Assembly: GCA_964401715.1 (NCBI GenBank)
Contig: CAYNZV010000001.1
Span: 7,649-71,648, forward strand
From: an uncultured Gemmatimonadaceae bacterium
GTDB lineage: Bacteria > Latescibacterota > UBA2968 > UBA8231
Direction of reading: 5' to 3'
Length of the DNA stretch: 64,000 bases
Shown here: one piece after another, positions 27,116 through 35,530 of the stretch
Layout: each line of letters starts with the position of its first letter
Position numbering within the stretch: the stretch's first letter is position 1
Notes under the pieces: model-generated
Database searches by the model: none
What the model saw: only the letters and a program-made list of their open reading frames with translations
Told to the model about the DNA's origin: nothing
Position numbers and translations under genes: made by a program

Positions 27116-28180
27116 ATGACCGACGCCAAACAAGCGGCATCTGCCGCCGTCGTCCTCGATGACGGCACCGACACCCGCGACGTCCGCGGCGAGTGGATGC
27201 CCGGCATCGTAGGTAAAGCATTGCCTTTCGCCTGGCCGGTCGAACCGATGAAGCTGATCCGCTTTTTCCTCGGTTACCCGGGATTTTTATGGCCGTTTGG
27301 TGCGGCGCTTCATTACGGAGTTGCGGCGCTGACTTGGTATTATCTGCAGCCGGGGTCAGAACAACTCAGCAACTTCAGCGAGTTCAACCTCAGTTGGATT
27401 CTGCCGATGTACGCGCGCAACGTGCTGATGCTGCTAGTGGTCGCAGGCACGCTGCACGGCATTCTGTACTGGCGCCGCGTGCAGGGAACGCGCTTCAAGT
27501 ACAATTCCCGCTGGCCCGGCACCAACAGCAAGGCGTTCCTGTTCAAGGATCAGGTCAAGGACAACATGTTCTGGAGTCTCGCCAGCGGCGCTACGATCTG
27601 GACGTTGTACGAGATTTTTATGCTGTGGGCGTACGGAAAGGGCTGGGCACCGTTCGTCACCTTGAGCAGCAATCCGATTCTGTTCGTCGGTCTGGCGATC
27701 ATCTTGCCGTTCTGGCAAGACCTGCACTTCTACATAGTGCACCGGATTTCGCACTGGAAACCGATCTACAACTGTTCCCACTACCTGCATCACCGCAATA
27801 CCAATGTGGGTCCGTGGTCGGGCCTCTCCATGCACCCGATCGAGCATCTGCTCTATTTCACGCGTTGGATCATTTTATTCGTCGTTCCGTCCCACCCGAT
27901 CCACATGTTTTACCTTATGCAGCGGCCGGCACTCAACCCGGCGCTGGGGCACACCGGCTTCGACCGTCTGGTGCTGAAGCAGGATGAAGACGGGGTGTCC
28001 ATCGACTCCTACTTCCACTATCTGCACCATCGCTTCTTCGAGTGCAATTATGGCACGGTCACCGTACCGTTGGATCGCTGGTTCGGTACCCTGCACGATG
28101 GCTCGCCCGAGTCGTACGACCACATGCGCGGCAAGGGGCGTGTGGCGAAGGAAGCGGACGCTGCAGTAAGAACCGCGTAG
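27116..28180 (+). CDS. Fatty-acid hydroxylase / sterol desaturase family membrane protein
   Basis: Several TM segments and histidine boxes HRISH (HxxxH), HYLHH and FHYLHHRF (HxxHH). Confidence 0.8.
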   Translation: MTDAKQAASAAVVLDDGTDTRDVRGEWMPGIVGKALPFAWPVEPMKLIRFFLGYPGFLWPFGAALHYGVAALTWYYLQPGSEQLSNFSEFNLSWILPMYARNVLMLLVVAGTLHGILYWRRVQGTRFKYNSRWPGTNSKAFLFKDQVKDNMFWSLASGATIWTLYEIFMLWAYGKGWAPFVTLSSNPILFVGLAIILPFWQDLHFYIVHRISHWKPIYNCSHYLHHRNTNVGPWSGLSMHPIEHLLYFTRWIILFVVPSHPIHMFYLMQRPALNPALGHTGFDRLVLKQDEDGVSIDSYFHYLHHRFFECNYGTVTVPLDRWFGTLHDGSPESYDHMRGKGRVAKEADAAVRTA

Positions 28181-28343
28181 CGAGAATCTCTGCGCCAGTT
28201 TGTTTAGATTTGCCTCTCCAGAACCAGAATAGGGTAGTTCGGCGTGTGGACGGTCTCGGCGACCCTCGTCCCCTAACAGCCAACTGATTGCCGAGGACAA
28301 AAGCGCGCGGCCTACGGCTGATGCCGCAAGTTGGGTCGACGAG

Positions 28344-31283
28344 CTAGAGTAGTAGTCCGGCGTGTTCGGGAAATCCCACCAAGGCACGCACAAAGATGGA
28401 GACGGTGTTGAAGTTGCTGATCTTGCGTGCCGTCGCATCGAAGCGCCTCTGGTCGCTCATTGCTCCTAGAATGGTGAACAGCTTGTAACCGAAGTAGCTG
28501 GATTCGTTGGTAATGGTGGCGATGGATGTGCGGCGCTCGAAGCTGTCGAGGGAACGTTTCTTGTCTGCGAAGCGGTAGGGGAGAGGCCCCCATCCCTGTA
28601 TACCCACGCGTACCGTGGTGCGTGGTGCTAGCGGTCGGCTGATTAGCAGAATCGGAATAACCTCGTATTCGAACCGCATGGTCTGTTTCTGTTGCTGATC
28701 CACGAACCGCACCATCTGCAGCTTCAGCTTCGGTTGTACACTGAAGCCGCGAAGATGCCAGGTGTAGTCCACACGATTCACCGAAGTCCAGTGATCTAAT
28801 CGACGCTTGGGGGCAACAAATCCTCTTGATTGACGACCTCCCCGCTGCCAGTTCACCCGTAGCCGTACTTTCTGCACGAAGTTGAACCGCGACCACGGTT
28901 GTAACCAGTGTTCGAGATAGGTTTCGTTGACATAGCTGTTCTCAAACCAGAGCAGATCCTCGCGGGGGCGGCTGGTGAACGAGCGGTTTCCCCAGTAGAT
29001 GGTGTGCACGAAGTAGCGGTAATCACCGGTGAACTGGCGATTTTCGGTGATGATGTTGTATTCGTCGGGAATGCTGTCGCGAACGAGGCGAAAGTGGTTT
29101 TCGAAGAATACGCTGCGTAGATGTGTGGGGCCTTGCCGGCGATAGCTCAGCAAAGCGTAGCTGGATCTAGTGATGTCGCCACCAGCGATCTGCTCCACGT
29201 CGTACCGCCCTAAGGATAATTTCCAGTGCGGGGTTACGTGATACTGGGCGAACAAGTGATACCCCCGTTGGTCCCGATCGTAAGGATAATCCGGTTCCCA
29301 GTCGTCCTCCCGTTGGTCGGGTTCTTCGTTGTTGTTGCGATCCAATCCGTAGGTGTAATCGTTCGACTCCACGTCGAACATGAGGAAGGGTTCGAGATAA
29401 TCGGGCATGGCATCGCCGTTGCGATTAATGTCCGGATAGCCGTCTTTGTCCAGATCCTGAGCCATGTAGACCCCATCTGGATCCACGCCAGAGACGAGCA
29501 AACCATCGTTGCGGAACCAGCTCCCGGTGGTGTATCCGTGACGTTTGTCAGGAAACTGATCACCGTCCTCGTTGTCCTGCACCAGGTCCCAATAGATTGT
29601 TTCATTGGATAGGCCCCTGATCGTGCTGCGGCGATCAGCGACGATGCTGTCGAAGGGAACGAAGCTGCGCATGCTGGTAGTGAACCGGGGATTCATCGTG
29701 AAATATTCGCCGCCGAACTCCCAACGATTCATCCTGCGGGTGGCGTTGACATAATAGGCCGCACCGCGGTCGGAAAACCGGGCGCCGTTCTCGAAGATTG
29801 GCGCCCCTGAATTATCTGCGGGAAACTGGCGAAATACGCGCGAACGAGCATACTCCATATTCAAGTCAAAACCAGCCAACTGCAGACTCAGATCACCGCT
29901 GTAGGTGAGAATGGCAGTGTCCTCGCCGATCGCGAAGCTGACTCGCTTCAAGTTCGACAGGTCTTGCACGTTGCCACGAGCCCGTAGCACGGTGCGAAAG
30001 AAATCGCTTCTGAACAGTCCGTACTGGTCTTGTGAAAGGGTGGCGACATCCACCCGATAATCATTTCCCACCAACACTTCGACCTCGATCGATTCGAGGT
30101 ACTGTTCATCCGTAACGTCGAACAGATATGCGAGTTGCTCCTTGCCGTCAACCTGCTTGAGTCCCTTCGGAGGTTCGACCGCAAACGTGGAGAGCAGTCC
30201 GTCCAGATTGGTCTGACGGCTTACGTCTATGCCCGCTTCATGGTCGAGCCGAAAGAGGTAGTCAGCGTAGTAGGCGATTTCTCCGCGTCCCCGGTAAAAT
30301 GTGGAGAACCCCGTCTTGAGATTCGAATAGGCAGCGGGAATGAACGCTCCGGTAATCCGAGAATAAGAGCCCACCTGCGTAATGACGTCAGCTTGGTGAC
30401 GGATCACCCATGGCACGATATCCCGTCGGAACTCACCGTTGATCCGCAATGCGACGTCCTGGACAACGGCGCCGCCGACGCCGTCCCGTGGCGAGTCATC
30501 GGAAAAACGTACGACCACCCAATCCACAAGAGGTTGCTCCGGTCGCAAGATACCCGTCACACTGTTGTCAGCTCGCCCGCTGTCGTACACATGGAGGTTG
30601 GCCAGATTCAAGCCGACGTTGGCGTTACCGAGATCGGCCTGCAGCCGACCGCCCAAAAGCAAGGAAGACTCGCCGGCGAACATCGTATTTCCATCATGGT
30701 ATCGGGATCGGCGAACATAGTCGAAACCTCGTGGTGCATAGGGACGTTCGATTCGACTCGCCAGCGTGGTCACTTTGAGGCGTGGGGTTGAGAAATCGAA
30801 ACGCAATCCGCTGAAGTCGACCATGGACAGGGTGAGCGGGGTAAAACGCGCTGTGAGTCCGTCGCCCACGATGGTGCTGTAACCCCAACGGCCATAACCG
30901 TCGCGGGCGATGGCGATGTATTTGAACGCCTCAGTCCAGGTGCCTTCGTTCTTCGATATCGAGCTGCCCCAATTCAAGTCTGGATGACGGCGCTCGTGCC
31001 AGCTGAAGAGATCGTAACCGGTTATGAGCTCGTGGCCCATACCGTCGTAGAACGAGCGCGGGAAATACTCCTCGCCAGAACCATATCCCTCTATCTGCGG
31101 TATGGTGTGATGAAGGTAATTGCTGTACGGGTCGAATCCGTAATTCTGGTAGGTGTTAACGGGACGTCGAAGAAACGCGTTACCGGACACCAATTCCTTC
31201 AGGGCTATGTATGGCTCTTCACCGGAAATTGCTCCTGGTGCCAGCAAAGCCAGTATCAGGAGGCCGCGCTTGATGATGCTCAT
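28344..31283 (-). CDS. LSP-A: large secreted paralog (979 aa), putative outer-membrane beta-barrel-like protein with TSP3-like acidic repeats; family unknown
   Basis: Signal peptide MSIIKRGLLILALLAPGAISG. Shares collinear blocks with LSP-B/C/D: ARFTPLTLS, (N/S)G.RFD, SSLLLG.R.QA, VVRF(S/R)DDSP.DG.GGA.VQD, VLVGNDYRVDVA, ARGNVQDLSNLKRV.F..GE, YARS, RF.DRGAAY(Y/F)VNA, DNEDGD.FPD, DLDKDGYPDINRNGDAMPDYLEPFLMFDVESNDYTYGLDRNNNEEPDQREDDWEPDYPYDRDQRGYHLFAQ, SFE(Q)RT, SSYFGY.L. Its start overlaps the stop of the upstream gene (ATGA). Confidence 0.85.
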   Translation of the reverse strand: MSIIKRGLLILALLAPGAISGEEPYIALKELVSGNAFLRRPVNTYQNYGFDPYSNYLHHTIPQIEGYGSGEEYFPRSFYDGMGHELITGYDLFSWHERRHPDLNWGSSISKNEGTWTEAFKYIAIARDGYGRWGYSTIVGDGLTARFTPLTLSMVDFSGLRFDFSTPRLKVTTLASRIERPYAPRGFDYVRRSRYHDGNTMFAGESSLLLGGRLQADLGNANVGLNLANLHVYDSGRADNSVTGILRPEQPLVDWVVVRFSDDSPRDGVGGAVVQDVALRINGEFRRDIVPWVIRHQADVITQVGSYSRITGAFIPAAYSNLKTGFSTFYRGRGEIAYYADYLFRLDHEAGIDVSRQTNLDGLLSTFAVEPPKGLKQVDGKEQLAYLFDVTDEQYLESIEVEVLVGNDYRVDVATLSQDQYGLFRSDFFRTVLRARGNVQDLSNLKRVSFAIGEDTAILTYSGDLSLQLAGFDLNMEYARSRVFRQFPADNSGAPIFENGARFSDRGAAYYVNATRRMNRWEFGGEYFTMNPRFTTSMRSFVPFDSIVADRRSTIRGLSNETIYWDLVQDNEDGDQFPDKRHGYTTGSWFRNDGLLVSGVDPDGVYMAQDLDKDGYPDINRNGDAMPDYLEPFLMFDVESNDYTYGLDRNNNEEPDQREDDWEPDYPYDRDQRGYHLFAQYHVTPHWKLSLGRYDVEQIAGGDITRSSYALLSYRRQGPTHLRSVFFENHFRLVRDSIPDEYNIITENRQFTGDYRYFVHTIYWGNRSFTSRPREDLLWFENSYVNETYLEHWLQPWSRFNFVQKVRLRVNWQRGGRQSRGFVAPKRRLDHWTSVNRVDYTWHLRGFSVQPKLKLQMVRFVDQQQKQTMRFEYEVIPILLISRPLAPRTTVRVGIQGWGPLPYRFADKKRSLDSFERRTSIATITNESSYFGYKLFTILGAMSDQRRFDATARKISNFNTVSIFVRALVGFPEHAGLLL

Positions 31284-32174
31284 TCGGCACTGTATCTAGG
31301 CGGTTTGGGTGCCACTCCGCATTGAAGGGTAAGTTTGCAGCCGTCGAGTGGTAGTCTCACCCTTTTTCCGCCCCGGCGGTGCGACTCGATGAAAGCAAAA
31401 ATCAGCTCCAAATTTCTGCGAGCCAGTCTCACTCCACCACGAGTAGGTTTTCCGGTGTCCAAAGCTTGGACCAGTCTCAGAGTTGGACTCACGCGCTCAT
31501 AGTCGGGGAAAGTTAGGTACTCGAAATCGCCATCATTCGCATGCTCGCCGCAGTGACCGTAAGGCAGGTGGGCTTGGACCCATAATACTGGCTGGTCGTT
31601 GTTGAGCCGCATGGCGATGTCGAAGTGATGACTGGCCCCGTTGAAGAGTTCCCCCGTATTGTAGATGGAAATGGAACTCAGTCTGCCCAAGTCGCCGCTG
31701 TCGATAACGCTCTTCATCATGTCGAACGCGGGGTCCCACCGCCGATTGGTCCCCAGGTTGAAGATAACACCGTTGTGCTCGACGGACTCCACCAGCCTGT
31801 CTGCTTCTTCCATCGAGGCCGCCATTGCTTTTTCAGCGTAGATTGCAGTGGCGCCATGGTCGGCGGCGTAAACCACGATTTTCGCACGTTGCTCCGGCTG
31901 AGTGGCTACAACTGATGATGTCCGGTTTTTCCGTGTCGACCAGCTCCCGGTAGTCGAGATATTGGCGTTCCTGTGGTAGGTCGTAAAACATCCCGAACTG
32001 TTCCCTGATGTCGACTCTAAGATCGGAGCAACCCACCAAGTTTGTCCTGCTGTAGCTTTTATAAACCGCCGAGTGGTAGAGCGGTGGCGAGTGTTCTGGA
32101 TGTCCAACTATTTCGTTGTCGATGAACCCGCCCATCCGGCTGCAACCAATAACAACAGCTTTGTAGGTTTTCAT
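31280..32174 (-). pseudogene. Gfo/Idh/MocA-type oxidoreductase interrupted by a single-base frameshift (or a sequencing error)
   Basis: ORF 31833..32174 gives MKTYKAVVIGCSRMGGFIDNEI...EKPDIIS. ORF 31280..32107 continues in another frame with VATQPEQRAKIVVYAADHGATAIYAEKAMA (the EKP-like region) to the stop. The two join cleanly if one base is removed near 31910 (coding strand gac atc atc agt [t] gta gcc act cag). Confidence 0.7.
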
Positions 32175-32286
32175 TCAGTTGTCCTCCTCGGACCCGCACG
32201 GCAAGATGCTGGAGGAAAATAATCTGAAGATCTTTTGCGACCTCCTGATGCCGGGCGACGAACCTAATCCGGTCATAATGTGGAGT

Positions 32287-35208
32287 CTATATAGGCCGGC
32301 CAAAATCGGTAAACCCGAGTGTAGTGTGAACGAAAAACTCTATAAGGTCGAAGTTTCTACGGTCGGCGAATGACGAGTCGTAGTTGCGGTGGTCCTTGGT
32401 GACGCCGACGATGGTCATCAGGTCATACCCGAAGTAGCGTGATTTGTTGGTAAGGGACAACAGAGCGGTTCGCTGCTCGAAGCTGTTGAACTCGGATCTG
32501 TCGTCCCGCTTGCGGTAAGGCAGGCCGGCAATGCCCTGAATGCCAAAACGTAGTTGGGTTCGTGAGGTCAAGAAATATTCAATCTGCAATATGGGAATGG
32601 AACTCAGCTCCGAGACGATACGAACGTTTCGGTCCTGATCTATCAGATGTTGAACCATTAGCTTGTATTGGGGCGAGACACGCAGTTGCCCCAAGCGCCA
32701 GTCGTAATGGGCGCGACTCACCAGCGTGTAAAAGTCCATCCGGGCGCCGCGTTGGAAGATCTCCTTGCCCAGCTCGCCTCCCCGTTGCCAGTTGGAGCGC
32801 AGGCGCATTTGCTGTTCCAGCTGTAGCCGGGTGGGGAGTTCGGCGCCCCCTTCCAGGTAGGTTTCGCTAACGAAGCTGTCCCGGTAAGATAGCTTGTCGA
32901 TAACGAAGTCGAGGTCGAGGAATTTGACGATGCCCTGTCCCAGCGGGGCGTCGGCGATGTAGACGACCCCGCGTGACCCGAAGATGCTTTCGCGCTTCCC
33001 CGCATCGTCTCCGAACCGCATGAATTCGTCGGGAATGTCATCGCGAACCCAACGCACGCTACTCTCCAGATTCAGGAACTGCAGCCGCCCCGATCCCCGC
33101 CATCGGTATTCCGTGATCGCATACGTAGATCGATTGCGGCCGCTACCGGCGATTTCCTTTACGTCGTAATGGCCCGCTATGGCTGACCAGCGCTTTGACA
33201 GCTGGAACTGCGCGAAGAGATGGTAACCCCGTTCGTCGTGTTCGTAAGGATAATCTACCTCGGCATCGTCCTCTCGATGATCTGGTTCGTCGTTGTGATT
33301 GCGGTCGAAGCCGTAGGAATAGCTGTTGGGCTCGACGTCGAACATCAGAAATGGTTCTTGGTAATCCGGTATTCGGTTGAGGTTGCGGTTGGTGTCGGGG
33401 GCCCCGTCGTTGTCGGTGTCCTGTCCAAGCCAGACGCCGTCTAGATCAGTGCCTACATTGTCTCGGGGGACACCTATCAGATTGCCCAGCTTGATATCCG
33501 GATAGATGTCACCGTCCTCGTTGTCGTCCACTAAATACCAGTAAGCCGTATTGTTGAGTATGGCGCTGCCGCCGACCACGTATGAACGCAGCTCGGTGCC
33601 GAATTCCGGTTCGGTGGAGAAAAGCTCGGCGCCAACCGAACCCCGATCGAAACTGTGAATAGCGTTGACGAAATAGGCGGAACCGTGATCAGCGAAGCGC
33701 GGAGATTCGTCGAAGGTGGGCCGGCGGTCGATCCCGTAGGAAGGATAGCGCCAGTACGAGCTCGAGCGGGCATACTCGGCGGAGATTTCCAGGCCAGGTA
33801 GCTGCAGGTGAAGATCGGCGCTGTAGACGAAATTAGAAACCCCCTCACCCACATTGAAACGAACCCGCTTTAGGTTGGACGAATCCTGCACATTGCCTTT
33901 TGCGCGCAACGCCACGTTGTAGTAGGAGGCGGAATAGCGATCGTAATATTGGGGTGCAGTGGCACTCTTGCTGAGGTGGGCGTAAGCGACGTCGATCAGG
34001 TAATCGTTGCCCACCAGGGCTTCGATGGCTACCGAGCGGATTGTAGGTTCTTTTGATACATCGAACACGAAGACGATTTGTCGCTTACCGTCGGCCCGCA
34101 GCATCTGCTCCGGCGATTCAACCTGGTAGGTTGCTAGCAAGCCTGATATGTTGGCAATCTTGCTGATATCCCTTCCGCTCTCGTGGTCGAATCGAGTGAG
34201 ATAGTCAGCAAACAGCGGATACTCGCGGTCGCGATAGAAGTACTCATTGACGTAGGCGGTAGCAGCCGACGAGGAGGAAAAGAGGTTGTATCGCAGGGGC
34301 ACAAAGTCACCAGTTATCTGCGATACAAAACCGACCTGAATCGATGGATTTTCTTCATGACTGATCACCCGCGGTTCCAGGTCGGACCGCAACTGACCGT
34401 CGACGACGATGCCAACGTCCTGGATCAAGGCGCCATCGGTCCCGTCTTCGGGTGAGTCGTCTCGGAAGCGAACAAAAATCAGATCGATCAGGGGTTGGTC
34501 CGCTTTCAATCGACCTTTGAGGCTGTTGTTGGTTTGATGGGCGTCGTAAAGGTGTTGATTGACCCAATTCACCCCTGCTGTCAACATCCCGACATTGGCC
34601 TGCATTCGGCTGCCAAGCAAAAGGGCCGACTCCCCATCGTTACCTCTCGCCTGTGAGGACTCGCTGATCCTCGCCAGTTCACCAAAGGGTCTCTCCATGC
34701 GCGAGGCCAGAGCAGTGAGTTGCAGGTTGGGTAACAGCAAATCGAATCGTGCACCGTTGTAGTTTGCCTTGGAAAGAGTTAGGGGAGTGAAACGGGCCAT
34801 CATTGCCTCGCCGATAATGGCATAATAGCCCCAGTTTCCGTAGCCATCGCTCGTGGCCACCAGATTGTCGAAAGTGCGGGAATCCCAACCTAAGGCGCTT
34901 CCGAACCTCTCGTTGGCCGAACGTCTTTCGGTCCAGACGTAGGTGTTGTATCCGCTCGACAGGAAATTGCCCACCGGATCGTAGAATGCTTGCGCTGTAT
35001 CGGTGTAGGGAAAGAAGTGGGTAGGGTAGTTCTGAATGTTCTGCCAGGCGTAGTTTAGATATGCCGGTCGCTTGACCCGAATGTGAGGGCGTGATCTTGT
35101 TACCTCGTCGATGGGCAGCTGTGCCGTCACCTCCCCCGTTAAAATAAGCAGGGTCACAATCCACAGAGAAATGCTCGCAGAGACGTTTTTGACTGCCGGA
35201 TCCAACAT
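32287..35208 (-). CDS. LSP-B: large secreted paralog (973 aa), same family as LSP-A/C/D
   Basis: Signal peptide (ISLWIVTLLILTGEVTAQ) and a GAGGG RBS. Visibly closer to LSP-C/D than to LSP-A. Shared blocks include RPAYLNYAWQNIQNYPTHFFPY, ARFTPLTLSKANYNGARFD, LKGRLKADQPLIDLIFVRFRDDSPEDGTDGALIQD, QDTDNDGAPDTNRNLNRIPDYQEPFLMFDVEPNSYSYGFDRNHNDEPDHREDDAEVDYPYEHDERGYHLFAQ, and FNSFEQRTALLSLTNKSRYFGYDL. Confidence 0.85.
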   Translation of the reverse strand: MLDPAVKNVSASISLWIVTLLILTGEVTAQLPIDEVTRSRPHIRVKRPAYLNYAWQNIQNYPTHFFPYTDTAQAFYDPVGNFLSSGYNTYVWTERRSANERFGSALGWDSRTFDNLVATSDGYGNWGYYAIIGEAMMARFTPLTLSKANYNGARFDLLLPNLQLTALASRMERPFGELARISESSQARGNDGESALLLGSRMQANVGMLTAGVNWVNQHLYDAHQTNNSLKGRLKADQPLIDLIFVRFRDDSPEDGTDGALIQDVGIVVDGQLRSDLEPRVISHEENPSIQVGFVSQITGDFVPLRYNLFSSSSAATAYVNEYFYRDREYPLFADYLTRFDHESGRDISKIANISGLLATYQVESPEQMLRADGKRQIVFVFDVSKEPTIRSVAIEALVGNDYLIDVAYAHLSKSATAPQYYDRYSASYYNVALRAKGNVQDSSNLKRVRFNVGEGVSNFVYSADLHLQLPGLEISAEYARSSSYWRYPSYGIDRRPTFDESPRFADHGSAYFVNAIHSFDRGSVGAELFSTEPEFGTELRSYVVGGSAILNNTAYWYLVDDNEDGDIYPDIKLGNLIGVPRDNVGTDLDGVWLGQDTDNDGAPDTNRNLNRIPDYQEPFLMFDVEPNSYSYGFDRNHNDEPDHREDDAEVDYPYEHDERGYHLFAQFQLSKRWSAIAGHYDVKEIAGSGRNRSTYAITEYRWRGSGRLQFLNLESSVRWVRDDIPDEFMRFGDDAGKRESIFGSRGVVYIADAPLGQGIVKFLDLDFVIDKLSYRDSFVSETYLEGGAELPTRLQLEQQMRLRSNWQRGGELGKEIFQRGARMDFYTLVSRAHYDWRLGQLRVSPQYKLMVQHLIDQDRNVRIVSELSSIPILQIEYFLTSRTQLRFGIQGIAGLPYRKRDDRSEFNSFEQRTALLSLTNKSRYFGYDLMTIVGVTKDHRNYDSSFADRRNFDLIEFFVHTTLGFTDFGRPI

Positions 35209-35359
35209 ATTTTACCCTCTCGCTGCTTCAGCGACCTCTCTTGGTACAAGAGTATATGCAAAGCCGTGTGCCCAACGAAGCAAATATGCTTCTTCACGAG
35301 CTTGTCACTGTGACGTCAGGGCAAAGCATGCGTTGACCCGATGCCATGTCTATAGGTAA

Positions 35360-35385
35360 TGCCAATTGCAGGTAGTGCCAATTGC
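35360..35385. promoter_or_regulatory. Two copies of the decamer TGCCAATTGC (core palindrome CAATTG) spaced 16 bp start to start in a divergent intergenic region: candidate operator
   Basis: Seen at 35360..35369 and 35376..35385, between LSP-B (minus strand) and the CRTAC1-type gene (plus strand). Confidence 0.3.
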
Positions 35386-35530
35386 TTTTTAGTTTGTCAC
35401 GAGACTCGCCTCGGCGTGTCGTTCTTTGCTATTAGTGGCTGTGTAGTGCGCAGAGGACGTCTATTCCTTATTCTCAATCTGGTTTGAGTTTCACCTAGTC
35501 CCGCCCAATTTCCCAAAGGAAAGATTCGGC

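Noticed and set aside
27289-27987. 232-aa plus-strand ORF in an alternative frame of the hydroxylase gene
   Set aside because: It is an off-frame overlap. The 27116..28180 frame carries the histidine boxes and TM segments.
35311-35318. TGACGTCA 8-bp palindrome in the LSP-B / CRTAC1 intergenic region
   Set aside because: A given 8-mer is expected about once by chance in a window this size. It is single-copy, with no partner site.
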